Shown piece by piece: positions 9,508 through 18,474 of a stretch of DNA of 64,000 nucleotides (the stretch's first letter is position 1; each line of letters opens with the position of its first letter). Where the stretch lies: the NCBI GenBank assembly GCA_038245785.1, contig JBBRSB010000028.1:1-64000 (forward strand), in the 5' to 3' direction. A model generated the notes under the pieces. It had not been told where the DNA came from. It was given only the letters and a program-made list of their open reading frames with translations, and ran no database searches. Origin of the DNA: Gloeobacterales cyanobacterium. Lineage in GTDB: Bacteria > Cyanobacteriota > Cyanobacteriia > Gloeobacterales > PMM-0068. Position numbers and translations under genes: made by a program.

Positions 9508-11082
9508 TCAAGGGGAAGGAGCCAATGCCTGCTTAAGGTGATTGGCGAGCATTCGTGTTTCCAAACCTCCAGGAGGACTGTAGCCTGGGGCTAAAAAAGC
9601 ACGGTAGCGTGTATCTGTTTTGAGGTAAGTCTTCCAAAAGGCCGTACTGATCGCCTTGAAGCTCTGACGGGCTTGGGGGCTAGAATTTCCGAATTGGGGC
9701 AGGTTTTCTGGTACTGGAGACGTTCTATCTCCCTGCAAGCTGAAATGCGTCGCTCCCACAAGGGTCATCAGATAGGCTGGAGCCGGTAGGAGGGCAGCAG
9801 TTTTCGACTGTTCTAAAAGTGCAGGAGCTACTGTATCATCGCTCGCTGCCACCATCAGACTGGGAACGGCTACGCGGGCTAAACCTCTTTCCCCAAAAAC
9901 AACGCTACTCATAGGGCTAGCAGCAATCACAGCCTTGATCCGAGTATCTCTGAGACTCACGAGGGGGCCATCGTCTTGAGCCCGACACTGGAAAAGAAAG
10001 GACAGGTTTGGCAAAGATTCTTGGGGGCTATTGGCACAAACTTTTCTTAGATAGGGGGGATCAAGTGGTGCTCCAGCAAGAGCTAGGGCAGTATATCCGC
10101 CGAAGGAATGACCATAAACTCCCACATCCCTCAAATTCAAACGTTTCCTAAAACGAGTATCGGTTCGATTGAGCTGCGTAACATAGTTGAGCAGGTTGGT
10201 AATGTCACGAGGACGGTTTACAAATTCTTGGGGTTCTACTACTTCCTTAAGCCGTCCTGCCAACAAATCCAGCATCCTTGTTTGGTCACTGCCAGAATGT
10301 TCTGGGACTAAAACCTGAAAGCCATAGCTGGCCCAATGTTCTGCTAAATAGCGATAGGTCTCTCGGTCTTCTCCCAAACCATGAGAAATAACAATCACCG
10401 GACGCGCGCCCTTGGCTGAACTCAGATAGAGATCAGTAATTTGAGGCCGTTGGTTTTGCTCTAGACGTATCTGCTGAAAACTATAAGGGCCTTTCTCTGT
10501 GGGGTCCTTCAGCCCAGACGGTGCCGTAAAAGGTACAGTGGCCTGCTGAGTATCTGCCAATCCTACCTTGCGGGCTTCGGTCACTAGATTTTCGAGCTTG
10601 GACACAGTGTCCTGCAACTTGAGCCCATCCACATAGACCTCTGAATTGGGGAAGTTCTCTAGAAAATTGACTAGATTGATCCCATCTTCTTTTCCTGCAG
10701 AGATGATTAGCGCTGCAGAAACAGCCTTCTCCCCTGTAAGATTTGGACCAATGCGGATAATTTCGCCCACCTTCTGGAGTAGAGCGTTTCCCGACTCACT
10801 ATTCAAGAAGCTGTCTACAGGGACTACTCCCAGCTTGACTCCTCCCTGAAGAGCGGTACGCAAATTAGCAAGCTCTTGAGAATTCAGTAAAGTCGCATAG
10901 GCCCTGGTTTCCGGCGTGACCTCTCCTTCCTGGATAAAGGTCCGTACTGCAGTAATAGGAACCGAGCGCTGAAGTGCTCCATAGCTAACAACTAAACGCT
11001 CTGCAGCTAAAATTGGCTGTGATGCACACAAAGAGATACCCAAGCCTGCAAGTAAAGAGAAAAACGTACTCTTGAGGCGCAT
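9508..11082 (-). CDS. DUF1400 + alpha/beta hydrolase
   Basis: Signal peptide; SHGLG and GHSFGG nucleophile elbow; N-terminal AERLVVSYG typical of cyanobacterial DUF1400. Confidence 0.88.
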   Translation of the reverse strand: MRLKSTFFSLLAGLGISLCASQPILAAERLVVSYGALQRSVPITAVRTFIQEGEVTPETRAYATLLNSQELANLRTALQGGVKLGVVPVDSFLNSESGNALLQKVGEIIRIGPNLTGEKAVSAALIISAGKEDGINLVNFLENFPNSEVYVDGLKLQDTVSKLENLVTEARKVGLADTQQATVPFTAPSGLKDPTEKGPYSFQQIRLEQNQRPQITDLYLSSAKGARPVIVISHGLGEDRETYRYLAEHWASYGFQVLVPEHSGSDQTRMLDLLAGRLKEVVEPQEFVNRPRDITNLLNYVTQLNRTDTRFRKRLNLRDVGVYGHSFGGYTALALAGAPLDPPYLRKVCANSPQESLPNLSFLFQCRAQDDGPLVSLRDTRIKAVIAASPMSSVVFGERGLARVAVPSLMVAASDDTVAPALLEQSKTAALLPAPAYLMTLVGATHFSLQGDRTSPVPENLPQFGNSSPQARQSFKAISTAFWKTYLKTDTRYRAFLAPGYSPPGGLETRMLANHLKQALAPSP

Positions 11083-11745
11083 TTTGAGTCCTTATAATTC
11101 GGTTATGGCTTTTCAACTATTATTAGTATCGACATCGTACAAGATTCTTAGCTTTGACAGAATCTACCCTAGGAATGAGATTACAACTATACAGGCATCA
11201 ACAACAGGATATAAACTTAAAGCTTAGCTTACTTATTCTAATCTAAAGTGTTAATATTACCGACTCAATATTTGGTCTAGTTGCTGTAGAGAAATTAGTC
11301 CATATTTCCAGAGTACAATAGGCAGATAGCCACCTTCTATTTTGCACTGCTTAAGCCCTAAGCTGACTTCGGACTCAGTAACCTTCATCTCCTTCAAGAG
11401 AATAGAAATAATTTCACCATAATTCATAAGTAACAAATTCCCTTTTGGGCTCGGGATAAATCGAATGAATCAAAGGTACTGGTATCTCCGGTAAGACTCA
11501 TCTCCCCAAAGGTATATACTTATCCGTGCCTCGACCAACTTTTGGTTGCAAAGGACACAATCTGAGTTCCTCCTCTATAAGAGTAAGATAAGGAAAGCTA
11601 ATCACTACAGCCCTAAAAAATCCTGCGGAAGGTAGAGGCAGTAGGGGCATTAATTTATCAAAATGCATACATAAGTCATTCCACTACAAAGTTCGTTGTC
11701 TGCCCTCTGCAACGACTCTACGTTCTGGAGGTATGGAGATTAAAT

Positions 11746-12831
11746 ATGAGAATTGCACAAATTGCTCCGTTATCGGAACGAGTTCCTCCCCCTGCTTACG
11801 GTGGAATTGAATTAGTTGTTAGCTTACTGACTGATGAGTTGGTGCGGCGTGGCCATGAAGTAACGTTGTTTGCTTCTGGAGACTCTTTGACCCTCGCTAA
11901 ACTTGAATCGGTTCACCCTCAAGCCTTACGGTTAGACCCAGCAGTTAAAGAGCACGGCATATACGAAATGCTCAACCTCAGTCATGTATATGAGCGCGCT
12001 AACGAGTTTGATATTATTCACTCACATGTTGGTTGTGCAGCTCTGCCCTATGCTCCTCTGGTTAAGACACCTACAGTTCATACCCTACATGGTATTTTTA
12101 CTCCAGACAACGAAAAAATGTTCTCCCATGCCCGGCGACAACCCTACATCAGCATTTCTAACGCCCAGCGAGAACCCAGATTAGAACTTAACTATGTAGC
12201 TACTGTTTACAACGGCATTGATACTGATCGCTTTGCATTTTCTCCGGAGCCTAGTGATCCTCCTTACCTCGCTTTTCTTGGACGCTTATCACCAGAAAAA
12301 GGAGCACATCTAGCTATTGAGATCGCTCTTAAATCCGGTTGGCATCTAAAAATGGCCGGGAAAGTCGACGTTGTGGATACAGAATATTTTGAGACGCAGA
12401 TCGCACCGCATATCGATGGTAAACAAATCGAATACCTTGGCGAAGCGAACTACGACCAGAAATGTGCCCTGATTGGCGGTGCAGTTGCCATTCTATTTCC
12501 AATCACGTGGAGGGAACCCTTTGGCCTGGTGATGATCGAATCCATGGTGATCGGCACCCCTGTAATTGCAATGGCTATGGGTTCAGCGCCCGAGGTAGTT
12601 GTCGATGGTAAAACAGGCGTGCTCTGCCATACAGTTGAAGATTGTGTAGCAGCCATCGACCAGGTCGCCCAATTGGATCGTCGTATCTGTCGTGCACACG
12701 TTTTGCAGAACTTTGGGGCCAAGCAAATGGTAGATGGATATGAAGCTGTCTACCAAGGGCTTCTGGCTAAGAATTTTGAGAACAACGGTCATCGACGGAC
12801 TTTAGAGACGCCTAGCCTGATTTACACGTAA
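11746..12831 (+). CDS. GT4-family glycosyltransferase
   Basis: MRIAQIAP..PPPAYGGIE and EPFGLVMIESM motifs. Confidence 0.93.
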   Translation: MRIAQIAPLSERVPPPAYGGIELVVSLLTDELVRRGHEVTLFASGDSLTLAKLESVHPQALRLDPAVKEHGIYEMLNLSHVYERANEFDIIHSHVGCAALPYAPLVKTPTVHTLHGIFTPDNEKMFSHARRQPYISISNAQREPRLELNYVATVYNGIDTDRFAFSPEPSDPPYLAFLGRLSPEKGAHLAIEIALKSGWHLKMAGKVDVVDTEYFETQIAPHIDGKQIEYLGEANYDQKCALIGGAVAILFPITWREPFGLVMIESMVIGTPVIAMAMGSAPEVVVDGKTGVLCHTVEDCVAAIDQVAQLDRRICRAHVLQNFGAKQMVDGYEAVYQGLLAKNFENNGHRRTLETPSLIYT

Positions 12832-12906
12832 AAGCTGTTCTGACCAAGCCTAATGAGATTCAAGTCGCGCTCTGGAAGGGCGGGGCTTGGATCTTTGATG
12901 TGGGTG

Positions 12907-13362
12907 TTAGTGCCGAGTGTAAAGTCCAACCAATTCTGCACTATCCAGAACATGGCCTTCCATTGCTTGGATAACCTGCGCTTTGGTGGCACCAGGAGCC
13001 AAGCCCAATGTTTGGCCCAAAGCATAAAGTTTAAAGAAGTAGCGATGGGTACCGCTTGGTGGGCAAGGACCTCTATAGCCGAGCCGACCAAAATCATTGG
13101 TTCCCTGTATAGCCCCATTGTAAAGCTTGGGCTGCGTAGCGACTCTTTCTGGCAGCTTATGCGTATCGGGGGGCAAATCATAGAGAACCCAATGTACAAA
13201 AGTTTTGCCGGGAGCGTCGGGGTCATCCACGATCAAGACGAGACTGTGCGTATGCTTTGGTAAGCCATGCCACCGTAATGACGGGGAAATATTATCGCCA
13301 TCGCACGTGTAATGCCGAGAAATTGGACCACCAGGACTAAAAGCATCACTTTCGAGTTCCAT
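12907..13362 (-). CDS. YbhB/YbcL Raf-kinase-inhibitor-like (PEBP) protein
   Basis: DPDAP, FVHW and GPCPPSGTHRY motifs; start 13362 (or coupled TTG at 13389). Confidence 0.92.
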   Translation of the reverse strand: MELESDAFSPGGPISRHYTCDGDNISPSLRWHGLPKHTHSLVLIVDDPDAPGKTFVHWVLYDLPPDTHKLPERVATQPKLYNGAIQGTNDFGRLGYRGPCPPSGTHRYFFKLYALGQTLGLAPGATKAQVIQAMEGHVLDSAELVGLYTRH

Positions 13363-13385
13363 AATTTGACCCAAGAGCGTGGTTC

Positions 13386-13886
13386 TCAAAGTTGCGCTGA
13401 GTTTTTCCTCTTTGGCAGGAGCCCTTCATTGGCCAAATACTCATGCAGTTCCGAGGACTTCAGCTTGGTAAGGTTTTTGGCCAGTTCCTGAATGTGTAGA
13501 CCATCAGATACCAAAGGTATTAAAGCCTCTCGGACAAATCCCAACATGTGACGCTCTGTGACGATTACCACATGCTGAGCTTGCTGCTCTTGGATAAATC
13601 GAGCCGTTTGTTCATCAACCATTTGGGTAAAGCGCCGCTCAAATTCATCTTCATGCTGTTCTCGATGGTCACTATAGGTATGGGCAGAACCGATGGTTAA
13701 ACTATGCTCCCGTCCCGATTCTGGGCCACTCCATAAGTCTCCAGCAGAAGTTTCCTGTTCTGGATTGATCAGCGCTTCATATTCGATCAGTTTGGAACTG
13801 CGCTCAAATTCAGGAAATTCTGCTTTCTCAAGAGATAGAAAACGGGCTCGCGCACCATCCATGACAACGACACAAAATTCACTCAT
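13386..13886 (-). CDS. Host attachment protein family (AtsE/baeRF-like)
   Basis: VVVMDGARARF..FERRF..LGFVRE..ELAKNLTK; GGAG SD before ATG 13886. Confidence 0.82.
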   Translation of the reverse strand: MSEFCVVVMDGARARFLSLEKAEFPEFERSSKLIEYEALINPEQETSAGDLWSGPESGREHSLTIGSAHTYSDHREQHEDEFERRFTQMVDEQTARFIQEQQAQHVVIVTERHMLGFVREALIPLVSDGLHIQELAKNLTKLKSSELHEYLANEGLLPKRKNSAQL

Positions 13887-14028
13887 AGCTAGCTCCCTGT
13901 TTGTCCGTGGAGTCTTCAAGGCTTTCTATGGTACAAGTCTGTCTAGAAGTGAGTCGCGATCTGTTGCAAATCCTCAAACAGCATGATCAATCACTACAAT
14001 TCTGGTTCTCTGAGCTTGCGATAATATC

Positions 14029-14958
14029 GTGATTACTTCGCCAAAAGTGAGCGTAATGTCAGAGACACAGGCTTTAACCGTTGACTTTACCCAGGAAGAA
14101 GATGTTTTGCGGATTTTGCCAAATCCAGCGTTGCGATCGAGCGAAAACTTAGGGTGGAATGGTATTCATGTTCAGCAGCATCAGCAGCCTGGATGGGAAA
14201 CCCCTGAATATGCGCACACCAGGCACATGCTTCTGGTTCACAATCCTGATCGGATAGTTCAATCAGAACGTCGGTTTAATGGGCGCAGGCAGCAAGAACA
14301 ATTAGGAGGTGGCAAAAACATCGTGATTGTTCCAACAACAGTTCTCCATCAAGCCAATTGGAATCAGGAAAGTCCCTTTTCTTTACTATTTCTTGAGCCG
14401 GATTACCTAACTCAGGTTGCCCATGAATCGATTACGGCTAATCGCGTTGAACTCATTCCCCACTATGCCATGCACGATCCGTTTATTGACCAAATCGGAC
14501 GTTCGCTCACAGCAGAACTAGAATCTAATCAGTTGCATAGTCGCTTGTTTGTAGATTCGCTGACAATTGCACTTTCTATTCATCTATTGAGGCACTATTC
14601 AGACTGGCAGAAACCTTTACAGGATGACACAGGAGGACTGTCTCAGCGCAAGTTGCAGCAAGCGATTGAATACATCAATGAACACTTGGCAGAAGATCTA
14701 TCCATTGCGGCGATTGCAGATGAGCTAGCGATGAGTCAATACTATTTTTCTCGGATGTTTAAGCAATCAATGGGTGTATCGCCGTACCAATATGTCATGC
14801 GACAGCGGATTGAGCGAGCCAAATATTTGTTAAGAACGACTGCACGCTCAGTAGCAGCGATCGCCATGCAAGTCGGTTTTTCCAATCAAAATCAACTCGC
14901 CATTCAATTCCGCAAACTCACAGGCACAACACCCAGCAACTACCGCAAAAAACTTTGA
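14029..14958 (+). CDS. AraC-family transcriptional regulator
   Basis: C-terminal double HTH (YFSRMFKQSMG..VGFSNQ..FRKLTGTTP). Confidence 0.93.
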   Translation: MITSPKVSVMSETQALTVDFTQEEDVLRILPNPALRSSENLGWNGIHVQQHQQPGWETPEYAHTRHMLLVHNPDRIVQSERRFNGRRQQEQLGGGKNIVIVPTTVLHQANWNQESPFSLLFLEPDYLTQVAHESITANRVELIPHYAMHDPFIDQIGRSLTAELESNQLHSRLFVDSLTIALSIHLLRHYSDWQKPLQDDTGGLSQRKLQQAIEYINEHLAEDLSIAAIADELAMSQYYFSRMFKQSMGVSPYQYVMRQRIERAKYLLRTTARSVAAIAMQVGFSNQNQLAIQFRKLTGTTPSNYRKKL

Positions 14959-15159
14959 TTTTAACTTTAGAGAGCAGGATTGCAATAGATTTGGCAGGAA
15001 TCGATGATTAATCTTAATTCTTTCTTTCATGCTCTCACCTTAGAGTGGATTATTGCTAGATTTTGCCTCTGAAGTATCCAAAAAAATCACCAAATTGCCG
15101 ATTATCTTCTCGCTGTATCAAACGGTTTGTCAATGCAATCTGAGAGGTAAGCAAACAAG

Positions 15160-16728
15160 ATGAGCAAGGTTCTAATTGTAACCACGAGCCATGATCACTT
15201 TGAGGGAGCCAATCCCCATCCAACAGGCGTATGGATGGAAGAGTTTGCGCTGCCCTATCTGGAGCTTTTGAAGAACGGCGTTGACATAACAATTGCTAGT
15301 CCCAAAGGCGGCGCGATGCCTGTTGACCCACGGAGCTTGCCCACACTGGAGCAGGAAAAAGCGTGGCAAAGCGCGATTGCAGCTTCAAAGCAGACGGTCA
15401 AGCTATCAGAGGTAAAGTCTACAGAATTTGATGCCATCTTTCTGCCCGGTGGTCACGGTCCCATGTTTGACCTTCCTGATAATTCAGCCTTGCAGCAACT
15501 CCTTAGAGAGTTTCGAGAGGATGGAAAAATTATTGCGGCTGTCTGTCATGGACCTGCTGGGCTAGTCGGTGCAACGTTAACGGATGGAACACCACTGGTC
15601 AAAGATAAAGTACTAACCTCTTACACAAACTCAGAAGAAATCGCAGCAAAGTTGGACAAAGAAGTGCCGTTTATCTTAGAGCAGCGCTTGCGCGAGTTGG
15701 GTGCCATTTTCATCGCCCATGAAAATAAAGCAGATCATATTGAACGCGATGGAACATTGATCACCGGGCAGAATCCCAACTCTAGTGCCAGTATCGCCCA
15801 CGCGCTGGTCACTGCCCTCAACCATCAGCTTCCAGCCATTTTTGATCGCACTTCAGAAGCGATTGTACCTGCTCAAGTCGTTGCAGAATTTACAGCCAAT
15901 ACATTTCTGGAAAATATAGCGATTAACGCGCAGGGAACTCTCTTCGTCACAAGCTATGAAGAAGGCAAAATCTATCGAGTAACTCCTAAGGGTGAAAGCA
16001 GCGAATTTGCCAGTATTGATGGCAACGTTGCGGGTATTGTTATTGATCATGCAGGAGATTTGCTCGTTGCAGGTTCTATCAATGGCAAAACTTCTACAAT
16101 TTTTCACGTTAATTCAACTGGAGTTGTAGAGCCACTGATTCTCCTGCCTGAAGCCATCTTCCTAAATGGTATGACTCATTTGAAAGAGAGTCGCTATCTA
16201 GTCGCTGATTCCTATAAAGGAGCCATTTGGGAGATTGATACAATCGAAAAAACAGCCCGAATCTGGATACAACATCCTCTCTTAAGTCGTTCAGATCCAA
16301 GCAATCCATTTCCCGCAGTAAATGGCATCAAGATTTATCAAAACTCACTATTTGCCTCCAATACCCAACGTCAGTTTTTGATTTGCATTCCATTAGCAGC
16401 GGATGGGACACCCGAAACACCAGAAGTATTTCTTACCAATATCAACCTGGATGATTTCGCGTTTGATGTCCGTGGCAATCTATATGGCACAACTCATATT
16501 TACAACAGTGTGATTCGGATTTCACCCGACAAGAAAATCACAACGATTGCTAAAACAGACGAGGGCATGACGGGCAGCACATCGCTAGCATTTGGTCGAG
16601 CCCATAACAGCACCAGCATCTATGTAACCACTAATGGGGGAATGTCTTTGCCGCTGCCCACGGGAGTAGAATCGGCAAAGGTCGTTCAGCTCAACGTGGA
16701 GATTGAAGGACTTGTCTTAGGAGAATAA
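15160..16728 (+). CDS. DJ-1/PfpI glyoxalase-III-like domain fused to SMP-30/gluconolactonase-type beta-propeller
   Basis: PGGHG, AVCHGP and ITGQNP in the N-half; FLENIA, FLNGM, NGIK and DDFAFD propeller motifs in the C-half. Confidence 0.85.
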   Translation: MSKVLIVTTSHDHFEGANPHPTGVWMEEFALPYLELLKNGVDITIASPKGGAMPVDPRSLPTLEQEKAWQSAIAASKQTVKLSEVKSTEFDAIFLPGGHGPMFDLPDNSALQQLLREFREDGKIIAAVCHGPAGLVGATLTDGTPLVKDKVLTSYTNSEEIAAKLDKEVPFILEQRLRELGAIFIAHENKADHIERDGTLITGQNPNSSASIAHALVTALNHQLPAIFDRTSEAIVPAQVVAEFTANTFLENIAINAQGTLFVTSYEEGKIYRVTPKGESSEFASIDGNVAGIVIDHAGDLLVAGSINGKTSTIFHVNSTGVVEPLILLPEAIFLNGMTHLKESRYLVADSYKGAIWEIDTIEKTARIWIQHPLLSRSDPSNPFPAVNGIKIYQNSLFASNTQRQFLICIPLAADGTPETPEVFLTNINLDDFAFDVRGNLYGTTHIYNSVIRISPDKKITTIAKTDEGMTGSTSLAFGRAHNSTSIYVTTNGGMSLPLPTGVESAKVVQLNVEIEGLVLGE

Positions 16729-16730
16729 CG

Positions 16731-17048
16731 ATGCACTTCGCAATTCAATGCGTCTTGGAAAAAGACATTAACGAGAAACGGCTGGCGCTAAGGCCTACTC
16801 ACCTGCGATACTTGGAAGCTAATAAAGAGCGCATTTATTGTGGGGGTCCAACCGTGGATCTGAAAGGTAAGCCCGAAATGATGCTAATTATTCTGAATGC
16901 CTCTGATTTAGCAACAGCCGAAGCATTCATGCAAACAGAACCATACAATCAGTCCGGCATCTTTAAACAAGTCACCATTCGTGAGTGGCGACAGGTCTTA
17001 CCAGAGACTCAGCCCGGTGCGTTGTTGCGTGAAATCAACCACTCCTGA
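16731..17048 (+). CDS. YciI-family protein
   Basis: R..HL.YL, GGP and EPY motifs. Confidence 0.85.
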   Translation: MHFAIQCVLEKDINEKRLALRPTHLRYLEANKERIYCGGPTVDLKGKPEMMLIILNASDLATAEAFMQTEPYNQSGIFKQVTIREWRQVLPETQPGALLREINHS

Positions 17049-17092
17049 GATTTGCACTTTAAGTTATCTGAGTCTTAGCAAGGAATGAGTCT

Positions 17093-17722
17093 ATGAACAT
17101 TGGGGTCATTGGATCGGGAAACATTGGCGGAACCTTAGGACAGCACTGGGCAAAGGCTGGACATAAAATCATGTTTAGCTCTCGACATCCTGAAGAACTT
17201 CAGTCGATGGCCACAGAAGTCGGTGCTCAAGTCGGCACGATCGAGGAAACGGCAGCCTTTGGTGAGGTAATTTTGCTGGCAATTCCGTTTGGTTACATTG
17301 CCGAAGTTGCCCAACAGGTTGGGCCATTGAACAACAAAATTCTCATTGATGCGACCAATCCCTATCCTCAGCGAGACGGCGACGTCGCACGGCAAGTGAT
17401 TGCAGACCCTTCGCAAACAGCCACGGGTTACGTCGCCAGCCAATTTACGGGCGCTCATACCGTCAAAGCCTTTAATTCCATCTACTTCAAGGTGTTGGAT
17501 GAGCAAGCATTTCGGTCTGGCGATGAACGTATTGCGGTGCAAGTATGTGGCGATGATTTACAAGCCAAGCAAACCGTGAAGCAACTGATCGCAGACATAG
17601 GGTTTGCGCCTCAAGACCTGGGCGATCTCAGTCAGGGCAGACTATTCGAGCCGGACGCACCTCTTTATAACAAAAACCTCAAAATCAGTGAGGCGGAGAG
17701 GTTACTAAGTCAGATCAAGTAA
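17093..17722 (+). CDS. NADP oxidoreductase (F420-dependent reductase family)
   Basis: GVIGSGNIG, IDATNP and VKAFNSI motifs. Confidence 0.88.
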   Translation: MNIGVIGSGNIGGTLGQHWAKAGHKIMFSSRHPEELQSMATEVGAQVGTIEETAAFGEVILLAIPFGYIAEVAQQVGPLNNKILIDATNPYPQRDGDVARQVIADPSQTATGYVASQFTGAHTVKAFNSIYFKVLDEQAFRSGDERIAVQVCGDDLQAKQTVKQLIADIGFAPQDLGDLSQGRLFEPDAPLYNKNLKISEAERLLSQIK

Positions 17723-17735
17723 GGAGAGTCTTGAG

Positions 17736-18365
17736 ATGAACATTGGAATTATTGGCGCAGGAAACATGGGCAGCGGCTTGGGTAAAATCTGGGCGCAAAA
17801 CGGACATAAGATCATGTTTAGCTACTCCCGCGACACTACGAAACTCGACAAGATTGCTCAATCGATCGGTAGTAACGCCCGCGTTGGCACACCCGTTGAA
17901 GCCGTAGAGTTTGCAGATGTTGTTGTATTATCTGTGCCCTATGGTGCAGTAGAAGATGCACTCAAAGCAGCAGGTTCACTGGAAGGCAAAATTCTTTTTA
18001 GCATTGTCAATGCGCTGTTGCCCGATATGAGCGGAATGGCAGTGGGAACGACAACTTCAGCCGCTGAGGAAATTGCTAAACGGGCAATCGGTGCCCATGT
18101 GGTTGAGGCATTACCTGTGTTTGCAGAAGTTCTCAATTCTGAGTCAAGACGCTTTGATAATCAACAAGCAACCGTGTTTTACACGGGCGATGACCAGCAG
18201 GCAAAACTAGCTGTGGCAAATTTGTTACGTGAACTTGACGTTGAACCCGTTGATGCGGGAGCGCTAAAGAACTCGCGCTATGTCGAGCCCGCCATGATGC
18301 TACTGATTCAACTGGCTTATACACAGCAGTTAGGGCAGGTGGGCTTTAAACTCCTGCAACGCTGA
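17736..18365 (+). CDS. NADP oxidoreductase (F420-dependent reductase family), second paralog
   Basis: GIIGAGNMG Rossmann motif; GDD..AK and DAGAL motifs. Confidence 0.85.
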   Translation: MNIGIIGAGNMGSGLGKIWAQNGHKIMFSYSRDTTKLDKIAQSIGSNARVGTPVEAVEFADVVVLSVPYGAVEDALKAAGSLEGKILFSIVNALLPDMSGMAVGTTTSAAEEIAKRAIGAHVVEALPVFAEVLNSESRRFDNQQATVFYTGDDQQAKLAVANLLRELDVEPVDAGALKNSRYVEPAMMLLIQLAYTQQLGQVGFKLLQR

Positions 18366-18474
18366 GCTGACAACGTCCTATTTAATGGGGAGAACTTATG
18401 TACTCTTCCGAGATTGCTCGGCGAAGAGCGGTACGTATTAGATAAAATAGAAAGCTATCCTAAAATTCATACCC

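Noticed and set aside
11690..11718. Hairpin AGTTCGTTG..CAACGACT upstream of the GT4 gene
   Set aside because: Single short stem that does not cover the SD; not enough to call a regulatory RNA
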